Origin: Lingula anatina
Taxonomy: Eukaryota; Animalia; Brachiopoda
Reading direction: 5' to 3'
DNA: 64,000 bases
Assembly: GCA_051362555.1 (NCBI GenBank)
Contig: CM120644.1
Location: 15,832,534 to 15,896,533, forward strand
Shown here: positions 25,329-38,730 of the stretch, piece by piece
How positions within the stretch are numbered: position 1 is the first letter of the stretch
Layout: every line of letters begins with the position of its first letter
Notes under the pieces: model-generated
What the model was told of the DNA's origin: nothing
What the model saw: the letters and a program-made list of their open reading frames with translations, nothing else
Databases searched by the model: none
Position numbers and translations under genes: made by a program

Positions 25329-27670
25329 CGATAGTTCTGACATTCGCTGCAAGTTTTTTTCTGTTATTGGAAACTATTTGATTTTGTCAATAATGGTGGC
25401 GCACTTTTATGAAGTCACTGATGCATCCAAAATTTTGCTACGGAGGGGGGAGCACAAAAAATAGCTTAAAAGATTGCCCCGATCGGAATACATAAAGCAA
25501 TGGATGGTAATGGGGACAGATTTATAATGATATGTAGAGCACAGTGGTGACAAAAATACATGATTTTGTCTCATTTCACTTGCTTTATTGTTTTACCTTT
25601 TTTTTTTTTGGGGGGGGGGGGGGTGAATGGGATATCTCCGAAGTTAAGGGTGGACTACGCACCTGCTGTGCTTTCCCTTGTGTCCGATCCGAAATTGGAA
25701 GTAGAAAAAAAAGTTTCAAAACAATCTAAAACTATTGCTGCAAATTTATTATTTTTGACGTAGGAAATCAGTGATTTTTACTTGTATCCATAGATTGACA
25801 ACAATACCAATATACAGTTGCCGATTCATACATACAATTCTAGAGCAATAGGGCGGAAAGACAAATGAATGTAACATGGTACAGAACAGAATAAACTACC
25901 TTTCTGAAATCAAAGCGAGGTGATTTTTGAGAGGCCCTTGCTAATCAGCTTTTCTCGTGTTACACCTTTATTGATAAAAATGCCAGATCAACACAAGTTT
26001 TAATGGCCGAGTTTTTTTTTTCATTGAACTCAACACCGTGACCCGAAGTCCGGGTAATTTCTCTCTTTAAAAGAGGACCCCGTACCATCATATAGCAATT
26101 ACCATTCTTTGCATTTTTCCTCGATCCTGAAGTTTAATCGATTTTGGAGTTCACATTTAATCTCATAATGACTCGAGTTCTTTCATCATCCCACATACTC
26201 TTGTCATTTTGACCCAGTGTTTATGATATTGAATATCTTTCTTTTCTTCTTCCTTTTGAAGTGAGTCAACAATGAACAAAATCGACTTATAATAGTTAAA
26301 ACGTTTCAAATTCATGAAACTGTTTCCATAATCAGCCCTAAATGATCTTCAACTTTTATTTTCCCTTGTCTTGCTTTTCAGTCATGTGCACCTAATGCTA
26401 AGAGCAAATATTTTCATGTATAAATTCCGGACGCAACCTAAACCTATATAGGAATACACAAGATTTGTTAAACTGGACACATATCTTACTGATTTTTACA
26501 AAGAAGTCTTCAAGGTACAAAAGAAGCCATTCCAGGTGTTACGATCGGTTACCTGGCAACAACCAGAAACGCATGCGCGATACGCGCCTGGAGTGCGTTA
26601 GTGTGGGAACTTCAAATATACCTCTAAGTGATCCGCACCAAGCTCTCTTATATTACGTGTTGTTACCGTAATGAGCCAGAAATCAAATTTAGCAGGTGAA
26701 ACTGGGAATAATAACTAATGTCAGGTGCAAGAATTGCAGGTATTCTTTGTGTTTTATCCTCAGATTTTCAGGGAAACGCCTGGCGAATTAGCAGTAACTT
26801 ACGTTTAAACAAATAGGGACGGATAAAAGGCACTCATTATAAGGGAAATTTTTCAGCGGTAAATTATCCGAAACCTGACATTTTTATAATTCAATTTGAT
26901 CCCTGTGACCTAGGAGGAAGGATGAAAAGGCGGACAAAGACTCTGGAGAGTCAGGTGGGGGGGAGTGCACGGCATAAACACCGCGTCGTTTTATCGCAAC
27001 GATATGACTAAAGATACAATTCATCCCAAGTTCCATGAATTGAGATAAATCGGAGTTTGGGACGCTATTATGTTTTCTTGATGTCTTGATGAATATGTAT
27101 CCTTTCTTTAAACGCCTGTAACTAACCAAATCAAGGAGTTATCTGCCTGAAACAGGTGTCCCGCAGAGCCTATCAAAGAAGATCCAAGAGGGGTTTGAGA
27201 CGATCAAATTGCGTAGTAAAGCCGCGTGAAAAGAGAGCCCCTGCTTTTCCATCCACTGCTAATGTCTATGAATTTGTTAGTTTTTCATATAAGCGATGTT
27301 TAATTGGCGTTCGCTGTCGTCGGGATGACGGATTAGGGCGTGTTTTACTCGGCAGAAATGAGTTGAGAAAACCGACGCCGCCGCGCGCGTTGTGTTTCCC
27401 CACACGTGCGGTTAACAAATGGAGTCTGCAATCAGAGGCTTGGTCAGAGGGACAAAGACTTACCTGATTATCCATTTAATTACGCAATTAGTTTATATTC
27501 ACTTGAAATGAAGTTTGTAAATGTTACGTGAACTTCAGTTTTCCGTCTTCAGTCCTTCTCTTCTCTCTACTAAGGGACACATTGTGCAGGCTTACCGGCT
27601 CATCTAACACAATCACACGTGTTTAGCGTTTGGCTTTTAAAGTGCTCTCTCTGTAGGTGGACTGAGGGAG

Positions 27671-27710
<40 letters not shown>

Positions 27711-27979
27711 AGTGTGTGTGTGTGTGCATTATGCAAGTGTGTGCGAGTGAGTTGTGTGCGTTGTGTGTGTTGTGTATGTGCCTTCTTAATTTGAGTCAAA
27801 GTGAAGAGATTCGTGACATTATATCGAATTATGTAAGTAAAAATTGACCAAAACAGAAATGGCCCTCTAAGCTGCAATTATTAATTATTCAAAGATGTAG
27901 TATAAATGCTTTTAACTGTTCAACTCACGCATGCACATGTACTCGTGCATAAAAGAGCAATTGTAAAATACTCTTACTA

Positions 27980-28018
<39 letters not shown>

Positions 28019-29032
28019 ATTCTTCCAAAGTATAAGGATAAGCATTGATCGGCAATGTAGATTAGATATTAACCAGGCATTTTAACGGTTTCAATCTGAA
28101 ACCTCCGATGCCCCTTTTTTCATAACAGGCCAATAATTTAACCAAAGTATTGTACTGTGTGCAGTCTGTTTTCTATGTTTGAACATGTGTGTGCATGTAG
28201 TTTTAAATATCATTAAAATAAGAAACTTGTCAGAAATGAGAATATTGACAACCTTGGTGTTCGTAACAACATTTCCCGTGCAGTCCAGGCTAATTTTTTC
28301 TTTAATAAGATATAAAATTAAATTAAATTAAATGACAGGAAAGGAATAAAATAAAATAAAATAAGATAGATTAAAAAATAAATTAAAATAGAATAAATAA
28401 AAAGAAATGAAATTTAAAAAATGAAATAAAAGTGAACTTATTATTTGTGTCTTTTCGACATCAACATCAGATTGCCGACAGCCGAGTTCCACGAATATTG
28501 TGAAAATGAATCACGCATTGCTTTGATTGATCGTCGGTCAATCTGAACACAATGTGAACGCAGTCTCCATGATGGATTAAGATCGCCTGCATCACGTATT
28601 TAGGTGTCGTCTGCTAAACATCTTGGCTTTGTGGTCATGACATGGTCTTTTTAAAAAATGGAGGTCCATCTGCCCTGTGTCCGTTATTGGTTATTGTTTA
28701 AGTGCGCTTCGAGCTACTTAATCGAGTTGGATCTTAACGTATTGATTACAATATGTGCGTTTTTAAGGAAAGAGGATGGTGTATTATTGCCGGCGCTAGA
28801 ATAATTATTTATTTTTCACTTCTGTCACTTGGTTGACTCCGGCCATTAACTTGACCTCGCTGCACGCGAAAACGGACTTACGAAGACGAGTTACTTTTGC
28901 TGCAGTGGAGTTAAGTTACAGGGTCGGCTGCGTGTAACTTCAGAAAAGAATTAATGGAGAGGTTTTGTAGTCTGTATGGACGTAAAAAAAGCGGACAGCG
29001 ACAAGGTGAAGTCATTTAAGGTGTACTTGACC

Positions 29033-29074
<42 letters not shown>

Positions 29075-30805
29075 CATGAACAAATCATTAAATCATTCTT
29101 TTTCTCTCGATGCGAGAACGTTATGTTAGTTGACAAACGTTTGCTGGCTGTGCTGTATAATAGTTCATTTTTTTAATCTACGCCCCAAAATTTCATCAAC
29201 TTATGTATGTATATGTATCGTTTTATTGTTTTATTTTAGGAGGTTCCTAACAGAGATTCGCTATGGTGGGTGTAAGTGGCATAGTACACGAAACACTCTC
29301 CCCTTCAAACTTACTGCGATGTCTTATTGCTCCTTTTTTCCTCGAAAAGTTTACTCTCCACGACGTCTTCATTCGGTCAGTCCCTTCACTTCTTTATTCC
29401 TCCTCTTTAGTTAATTAATAAATTAAAATAATAAATAGATTAAATAAATAAATAAATAAATAAATTATATGTCGATTAACTCATCTGGTGCGACAATCAG
29501 TTTTTTTTTTAATTAATTAATTAAATAACTCAGCGTCGCACCCGGCGAGTTCACCAACATCTAAGTCACGATCTCAAAATACCATTTCCTCCTCGTTTTT
29601 TCACAAACTTTCCTCTCTCTTTCCGCCGTCCGCCTTTCGTGCATAGCGGCAGCTGAATTGCAGGCAAAAAAAAATCGCTTCGTCTCCAGAAACATCGGGC
29701 AAATATCACGCAGCGTGCCTCTAACCGACCACCGTTTTTAAACGCCGTTCTAATAGACCAACTACCGCTGCTTCTCATATGCTTGGTAATAGTTGAACTA
29801 ATTAATCTGTTAATTACTGCTCATTATATCTCTCGAACCGTGACTCTATTGACTCTGCCAGAGTGTTTTGCGCAGGTGGTCATATTGCTGCTGTCTCTCA
29901 TTAAGTTTTCATTAATCGTAGCCAAGAAAAGAGACGTTGTTAGGCTATTAATCGCGCGGAAGAAAAAAAAAAGGTCATGAATTTATCATTGTTGCGGTAC
30001 AACTGAATCATTGGAGACGAGCTTAATCAAAGGGTATTGTTATGGAGTGGACAGTTTGAATAGGAAGCCGCTATCAGAAGTATGTAGTTGAACTTTTTTT
30101 CTAACGCAATACATTATGCTGTTTGTATTACTAATACTAACGTTAAATAAAGTAGGTATTATATTTATTGAATATCATAATGTATCTCTTCAAATAAAAG
30201 TAATACTTTAAGTCTCAATTTTGTAATTGATGATATTGCTTTGTTCAGTCACTACGAAATATATTCATTAATGCTATAATAGAGTTGTATTTAAAGATTT
30301 CCATTCTAGTATTTAATCAACGTAATCAAATAGAATGTACAATAAAAAATAAAATACAATAAAGTGAAATAAGAAATAACAATAAAATGCAAATAGCAAT
30401 GATTTTAATTGTTTTATTTTCATATTACCCCAGAGGTCTCTTCTTCTTTAGGGATATATCAATGATGTATCATTTAAATATGTCACAATTAAACATGAAA
30501 CAGGTCTTTACTTTGACTATTTTGAATGGATAATAGATCTATCTTTTTTTTTCTTTTCATCCCCGTCTGTTCTCTCTTGCAGAGTTATGAGAGCGACATT
30601 CCTGGATGAATTGACTAAATCTGCAACATTTAAATGTTCACGTAAGGCAGCGTTATCATTTTATTTATAGCCCATAGATGGTCGGGGTATAGCGACTGTC
30701 ATATGAATGGTGGCTCATCCCCCCTCCCCCCCCCCCCCCCCACACACACACACAAACAAACGCGCGCGCTCTCTATTTCACCTCGTTCTCTTTCTTTCTC
30801 TCTTT

Positions 30806-30852
<47 letters not shown>

Positions 30853-30994
30853 GATTGTGCTTGGCCTGAGATTCCAGCTAACACCTGACCACTACTCCCC
30901 GTCTCCCCTAACACAGTGTGGTCATCCCTCGGTCAAGGACATCAGTGGACGGTGTGTTTACAATGTTATGCGATTGGAAATATTAGTGAACAAC

Positions 30995-31136
30995 ACTAAG
31001 AAGAAGATAAAGGTAAGAAGATCTAACTCTCTGCCCTTCAAAGAGTCTGGAAATTTAAGTTATTAAAACAACTCTTAACTAAGAAGAAGAAGGTAAAAGT
31101 AGGATGATCTAACCCTCTGTCCCTCAAAGAGTCTGG
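30995..31136. repeat. Two-copy direct duplication of about 57 bp
   Basis: actaagaagaag...gatctaac(t/c)ctctg...caaagagtctgg at 30995-31050 and 31078-31136. Confidence 0.85.
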
Positions 31137-31769
31137 TCATAGTATAGGCCAGCCTCTAACCCTTGCTCACAATTGAAATGCCCCCCATTTTGTCCAATGT
31201 TGCCTGAGTCCCTCTCGTTTCTCTCCCATTTTGAGATATACAAAACTGTGCAGAAATGGCCACGAATTAACTCGACATGTGAGTTCCGATTAAATAAATG
31301 AATAAACGAAATAGATCAATGTACAGCACTATGATACCAAGCAGCCGAAGGGTAGTCTCGTCTCAACTCCCATAAAGAATAATAGCTCTCTCATTTCTTT
31401 TTAAAACTATTTTACGGCAATCATAATAACCCAAGTCCACTACAATTCTGTCTCAGTCACATCGCCGCTGCGAAATTATACATCATGTTTACGTCACCAT
31501 GGCAACAACACGTCTGACAGATTTAAATAATCCGCGTCGGGCCAGTGAAAACTGAAAGATGATGCTTTAGCACACACGTGGAATCTTGAGTGTTGTCTGA
31601 TATCGTGAACATCGTGCTCGCTGCATGTAGAAACAGATTAAAGGGGGGAGTTCACAGATACTTCCAATCGTTCTTTCACAAAGGATTTTTTTATGTATAA
31701 ATATGATGTGATTAACCACTAATACTTGGGGCTTATGCTTGTCTCTGCGGTTGTTGAATGTTCTTATTA

Positions 31770-32289
31770 TTTCGTCTTTTTCTTTTTTCTTTCCTTCATT
31801 TTATCTATCCATCTGTTCCTTATACCTTTGATCTCTTTCATTCATCACCCTTCCTTCCTAATTTCCTTTCTCTCTCCTTTTCGCCCATCCATCCATCCGT
31901 ATTTCCTTCCCTTCTTCTTTTCATTTATTCATCCATCATTCCGTCCCCCCATTACTTATTTCCCCCATTCCCCATTCTACTTTCTTTCCTTCCTTTTACC
32001 CCTCTATCCTTTCTTATGAACAAATTTGTTCCTATATTCCTTCCTTCCTTCCTTCCTTCCTTCCATTCTTTCTTCCTTTCTTCCCTCCTTCCTCAGTGTC
32101 TAAATAACCACCTATACAACTAACTGATATTTAATTCTTATTTCCTCCATTTCCCATCCTTCTATCTTTCCTTCCTTGCATCCACCCCTCCATCCTTCCT
32201 TGTAAGCAAATTTCTTCCTTTCTTCCTTCCTTCCTTCCTTCCTTCCTGTCTAAATAACCATCTATATAACTAATTGATATTTAATTCTT
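31770..32289. repeat. (CCTT/CCAT)-rich polypyrimidine tract with duplicated 43-bp unit
   Basis: tgtctaaataacca(c/t)ctata(c/t)aactaa(c/t)tgatatttaattctt at 32097-32139 and 32247-32289, each preceded by (CCTT)n. Confidence 0.85.
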
Positions 32290-34802
32290 CATATCGCATC
32301 TTAATCCGGGAAAATCTAGTCGTATCTCGCACCTGCTCGAGACGTGGACAACCGCGCTTGAAAATACAGACTTGGGGCCATAAACGTCGCTCACTGTGCC
32401 CTGACTCTGCCCTTCATCGATTTAAGCATTTAAATTCCCATCCTTTAGTGTGGGTGTAAAAATAAGTCCCCTCAACGTGTATTATCGAGCTTGATCGATT
32501 TGTCTGCGCTTTAAATGGTTCCGTGAAACGCAAATATGTTGTCTGCTTTGAATCGTACTCTGACTCTTTTCTCCACTGCGAAACACATACAGTATACATG
32601 AAGTAGAGGCCAATATTGGACACAGAAATTCGCTGACTGCACAAAAAAAGGAAAAATTCTGCAGCTAGTCTAGCGAGTGTATGTTACTCGTACAACAAAA
32701 ATCAAACAAATCGGCCTTTCTGTCCTTCGATGCTTTTATTGTTATTTTCCTACTTAGCATCGTGTTGGCTAGTTCTTCGACATGATACTCTTGAAAGCTA
32801 CATTTTGAAGGTTAGCTGAAAAGTGCAGCCATCCCCCTGAATAAATAATGAATATTTTATGTTAGATACACTTCTGTGTTCTAAACACCATACAGCAATA
32901 TTAATTTAATTATTAAAGTGCTATAAAGTACAGAGAAATTAAATAGGGGCCTGTTATAATTTACTGTATATTACTGAAATGTTTAAAAGGAGCATATTAA
33001 GTTATTTTGTGCATAATTTCCGAGCCACATCCATGATTGTTATTATGACTTTTCACTGAGGTTATTCCAAGTCAAACTGCCCAAGGGAACGACATACGGT
33101 ACTAAGAAAACAGAAAAATCGACAAACATTCCAAAATGATTTATTCAGACATCATAAAAGCCTATTTGAGTATCCTGTATTATATATAAAGAAGGTCAGT
33201 TGAGAAGGCCAGTTTTCTTCTTCAGTTTTCAATGTTTCTAGTATACAAATGCACCGTGCGTTTTAACGCTGGAGGATACACACCCTTTGTAGCCTATACG
33301 GAAAGGCAGACAAAAATTCGATAAATGTTAAAAGGTGTCTAGTTAAAATTTACATAGTTCATTATGTGCATTTTACCTACAGAAAGAGTAATTAAGAGTA
33401 TTATTTGAACTTCGTTCTTTTTCGGGCGGTTTTTGTGGGGCTTATTTCTTCTGGATTGACCCGGTTTTAATAGTGCGTTAGTAAAACAAACCGGAATTGT
33501 TTGACCTGAGGTTCCAGAAATCGACGCAATGAATTGTGTCGCTTATGCACGTCTACTGAAATTGAAAAGTAAATATTAGTATTGTAGCCACAAAAAGTTG
33601 CGACGTGACATTAACTTCCATTTAAAGAGTAGTATTCGGATGTAATAGCACATGGTTCATACAGTTTTATCGATGTAAAAACGTATGTAAATGAACAAAC
33701 AAATAAATAAATAAATTGGTACGATTAGAGCTTACAATCTTTAAGAGATATTTGAAAAGCATCATCTTCCTAAAATTGAATATATTTTCGTCTCTGTGGT
33801 ATTACATGTATGTCACATTGCATTTGTTTACAATATAACAACATTTTTTTTTTTTAATATTACAACCTTTTTATATCATATTATATTTTGAATAACAATC
33901 TTTCACATCCTTTTAAGCTAATTTGCTTAACAAAGGGAAGCCTCATTTTAATGATTACGAAAGCATTTTGATTATAGTAATTGTTTAAGGAAAATATACT
34001 CGAAGCAAAGACAGCAGCTTGGGCTTGTGTCTAGGTCGTTATTGACACATTTAAATTCTATTTAAAAGCAACCACATTTTGTATAATGAATAACTGTAAT
34101 TGAGTAGTATTTACACATGTATTATCTACTCCCATCTATTAGCATATTGTGACAAGGCTATCTCGCGTAATAAAGTACCCATTCATAAGTAATGCATCAT
34201 AACATGTAGGTTTTATGTTCCCTTTCCTTCTATTTTATAATTTTTTATTTCGAACTTTCACTACATGATCAATTACCAATTATTACAAAAAGCTCCCCTG
34301 TCTGTTTTCTGCGACTTCAGAATCATGCTTTCCCTTTGGCACATTTCTCTCTATTTTATCGCATGTTATCCGTTTTCGTTAACAAAAACTTTACGATGCT
34401 AAATGATTTATCAGCATCGGGTTTGTTGTTTGTGATGTTTTTGATAATGGAGTGAGTAAGGTAATGCAATTGCATATCTATATCACCAGCTAGAGAAACA
34501 ATGTCCTCAACTGTATCATTTCGGTATGATAACAGATCAATTCTGTTCTTGAATTACGTTTTCCGGCGTCATATTTTAGCGAATGTTTTATCACCATTGG
34601 AGTAAGTTTTCCAGTTTAAATAAACAGCGGCGAGTCCGTTGTTTCTGTAATATATAGAGATTTTTAAGGATTTTTGTGTCTTTAATTTTATGAATCAATT
34701 ATTGTTTCTTTTTTATGAGGTTTTTCTCAAGGTCTTTCATCGTCTTCCAAAGCTTAGCCTCTATTGTCTCTCATTCGCTTACAGTAACCAAAAATAATAT
34801 AC

Positions 34803-34803
<1 letters not shown>

Positions 34804-34865
<62 letters not shown>
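34804..34865. repeat. (ATT)n microsatellite
   Basis: Directly visible. It explains the poly-L and poly-I ORFs. Confidence 0.95.
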
Positions 34866-34866
<1 letters not shown>

Positions 34867-37800
34867 CTGGGGCTATTTATTTGACCTTGTCTTCTTCTTT
34901 GCAATTGGTCTTTATCTTCATCTTTGGTTACAGGATTGGCCCCGATTTTTGCTTCGATAAAAGACGAAACTTTTATAATACCGTAAGTAACGCCACATCT
35001 TGAAATTACAAATAAATTCAACAGGACTTTGCGTCACCGAGATAGGAATCAATGGACATTATACGTGATTTCCAAATAAATTTATCGTCTTTGATGCAAG
35101 GTTGGTAGCTCATATTCTGAATTAGAAAAAAAAATTAGGAAATTTTGAAATGCGCAAATAAAACTAGGGCTATAAATCATAGTTAAACATCGTGATTTAA
35201 TATTAACTTCGAGGCGTATCATTTTCTTCTAAATACTGCACTTACTCTAAAAGATTTAATCAATGAATACATTATCGCTCGCGATCACATTAAATTGTGT
35301 AACGCAATCCGTTCGGGAGGCTATCAGTTCTGATCAACAAAAAACGCCTTCATCCTCTCTTTAGTCGACTACATCATCGTTAAATTTGCCATTTGGCCGC
35401 TTTGATTGCTCTTAGACCAAAGACCGTTTGTCCTCCCGCCCTTGTCATTAATACAAACGTCGCTTAATCAATTCCTCGGCGTCTCCATTTACAAGTGGCA
35501 CACCCAAGGGACGCTGAAGGACGTCATTGTCAAGTCACCGTCACCTGGACTAAGCGCCTGTCAGGGAAACAATCGCCCCCTTCAGGGCCCGATGACACCA
35601 CGCTCTTTCTACTGCCCGGCTACCGGGGCGTCCCTGCGGACATCTTCTCTATGGACCCCGTGACGCGGCGCCCGATTAACGGTCGCCGCGGTATCGTGTT
35701 TAACTCGAGACCGTCAATTTAAAAGTAGTTAGCGTATAATAGAAGTATTTGCTTTCTCCTCACTGTTGGGTGGTTGCGGAGCGAGGTTTATTGCTCTGAA
35801 CGTCCCAGTCGTTTCCGTACTCGATATTAAACGATTATAAAAGACTGGGTGATTTATGAAGGCTATGGTGACGAACACACATGAATTGAGAAAGAGATAG
35901 AGTGTGAGTGACCGGCTGAAATCTTTATATTGTACACAGCCCTGAGACGAACGTAGAGCGTGGTTTTGAAGAACTTGTTGTTATCATCATCATCATCATT
36001 ATTATTATTATTATTATTATTATATTAATTTAAAAAGTATTCCAATATTGATTGTGCTTCAACCGCCACCCTTGTGAACTGTTTCACCCATTATCTTTTC
36101 CACAGTATAAAATTTGACACGATAAAATTTGCTAGGGTGAATTGTTTTGACCCTATATGCTTGGGGACAATTTGCACTTCTCCAGTGGTGTCTAAAGGGA
36201 TAACAACTCTTCGCATGAGATCCATTTTTCAAAATAGATACCTTTTAAACAACTCATAGAAATATAATAAATTATATTTTACCACCAAAACAACGGTTAT
36301 CGCATTTCATCTGGAATCTGTGCTTGTCGACGGACCACGTGACCTCCATAGATGGCTACCCTCTTTAATAATCTCTAAATAGATTATGACAAAAAAACTT
36401 TCAAGGAACAAAAAACAGGGACTAACTTTAAATGTCGGAACGGATTCATTTAACATTGGTAAGTATGGGAAAATGTCGCTCATCCTAGGAATTTTTTTTT
36501 TTGCCCAAAACGAACAGCGGTTATCTCTTTAACCACAGACGATCTTACCATGCGTTCAAATGTGTTCATGGGGCAATGTGGGTGGCAATAGGCACGTGTC
36601 CAGTTCACAGCATGTAGGCAAGTAAGATACAGTTTATTGTATCGTAACAATTTCATAAACATCTTGTGAACTGGTTTAAATAGTGGCCTTTAGGTACAGA
36701 TAAGTGTAGGCCTACGATATTATTATTATTATTATTATTTTTTATGTATGAGTATGGCTGGTAGCATGTGTCCTTTCTCTGTGTAACATGGGTTTGATTT
36801 ATTCTGCTGGCTACTTCGATAAAAACATGAGTGCCACTCAGTTCTCCCCCGGTGCGTGTTGCTTTAAGTCAACTACTCCATCGTTTCGAGGACGGTTTCA
36901 TAAAAGTACTAAAGCCTTAAAGTTGATCTTAATTTTGAGATCGAAGTTTGTGATCTATATTTACTAAGAACACGCCCCCGGTAAGATACTGAGAAAAAGA
37001 AACTATTGGTGTAAACAGTCGCCATATTTGTTCTTATAACAGGTGCAATGTTTCATGCATGTGGACTACAATTATTATTGGTAATTTGACTAATTTTTTC
37101 TATTAGAATGAAAACCAACTGTCAACATATAGACATATTTGGACACGTTTTTATTAACTAGATTCATAACAAATGTACATACTATCCATATTGTTTTGGA
37201 GCATTGGTCAACTTCCAGAAAGCCATCCAAAATACGATTATAAAATTATTCAAAATGAAGAACCCAGGTTAAACCTCGTTGCCTCCACTGCCAAACGCCT
37301 CCGTCAGAACGCATCAGAAAAGTAGACGCGATACCCCAAGGACGAGTAGAAACCCAGCTGGCGAGTTCACACATCGATCACCTAGACGGGACACGCAAAA
37401 CGACTCAACATGATAACGCCACCATTTACTCTGTATGCCAATCAATGGCACCGAAATCGCTAACAGACACCGAGTTTCCCAGAGTTATCAGAAAGGGCGA
37501 CGGACCAAAGCTGATTTTTATTTGATACGCACGAGACAATTATCGAAAAACACCTCTTGCAGGTTGGCGGTTTCTCAGGGCTGCGTATTTTCTTTTTCAT
37601 TTTCAAAAGAAGTGTTTTGAGAATAGATGAACTTTTTTTTTCTTTTCTGAAATGCCTTTAAATGTTCGAACCGCCAATTAATGTAAATTACTTAACTCAG
37701 CGTCCCATTAAGTTTTGTGCGATAATTACCCAATAATCCATAGAACGAAATGCACAAATTTCTGGGGAGTTGACATTGTTTTATTGCTATAAATCTTCCA

Positions 37801-37939
37801 GATCTTTGTAGCTATCTGCAATCAAAAAGTTACTTGGTATTCTTACTTAAGCTTGCGTGCGTTTACCAGAAACGTTGAAGATCACCTGAAAATGACAATC
37901 TACTTGAGAACTCATTAGGTAGAAAGAGCGGTGTTCTTC

Positions 37940-37970
<31 letters not shown>

Positions 37971-38439
37971 AAAAATGCGCAAACGCGTTCATTTACCATG
38001 TCAACAGCACTTGTTCAACATCCTCCCACAGGGCGGACATTTTTTTAAAAAAGAAACAAATGAGCGAAAAAAAGTAAAATTGCTTAAACGTATTCAGGCT
38101 CATGCCCGATACAACGATAAACACTTGTTCAACATCTTTCTGGCCGTCACTGGGGAGTCTTTTGAAGCAATTACGTAGACGACCGGCTCTCGGTTTGGTT
38201 TAAGGTATGCAAGCTCATGTACCCGCGTGGCACACAGACGAACATCAAAAGTCTAGGGACGGTTTGGGTTTCAAGGTTATAAGACAACGAGATAGCTGAA
38301 CTAGTATTCAATTATTTCTCATTAAAAATTTGATAAATGCATGGATAAAAACCTCCATGTAATATGGATAACTTTTGTTGATAATGATAAATGCAATTAA
38401 TATTAATCAACAGTGGTGTGGTTGTGCGAAGAGGTGGTT

Positions 38440-38479
38440 GGGGGGGGGGGGGGGTTGGGGGTTGGGGGGGGGGGGGGGG
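38440..38479 (+). other. Poly-G tracts with G-quadruplex potential
   Basis: Three long G runs separated by tt. Confidence 0.6.
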
Positions 38480-38558
38480 TATCCAACACCCACGTAGTAC
38501 ACATCCTAAACATAGTTGAATTTATTTCCTTGTTCAGTGACTTCATTTAGGGTCCATG

Positions 38559-38730
38559 CCGGTGTAACAGGGATGGTAGTCCTAGTAATGGACGGCCGGA
38601 CTCCCATATGATAAGTACAGGTTAGGGTTAGTTGGAGTATAGGGGTTAGTATATGGGACGAACGTCACCAGTTCAAAGTAATGGGTAGGGGACTACGGTT
38701 CCTAGCGGACTACCATTCCTGTATCACCGG
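38559..38730. mobile_element. MITE family A, copy 2
   Basis: TIRs ccggtgtaacagggatggtagtcctag ... ctagcggactaccattcctgtatcaccgg, internal ggttagggttag, and tccat on both flanks. Colinear with 2929-3099. Confidence 0.8.

Noticed and set aside
25660-25677. CACCTG-N6-TTTCCC as a PTF1 site downstream of the chitin-binding/CysD gene
   Set aside because: Spacer is longer than the canonical one-turn site, the TC-box lacks the 3' A, and the surroundings look repeat-derived.
27458-27466. Perfect minus-strand donor CAG|GTAAGT
   Set aside because: No matching acceptor or coding exon. About one such 9-mer is expected by chance in a window this size.
35860-36025. Possible SINE/LINE 3' tail ending in (ATC)n(ATT)n
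   Set aside because: No second copy or diagnostic head in the window to support it.
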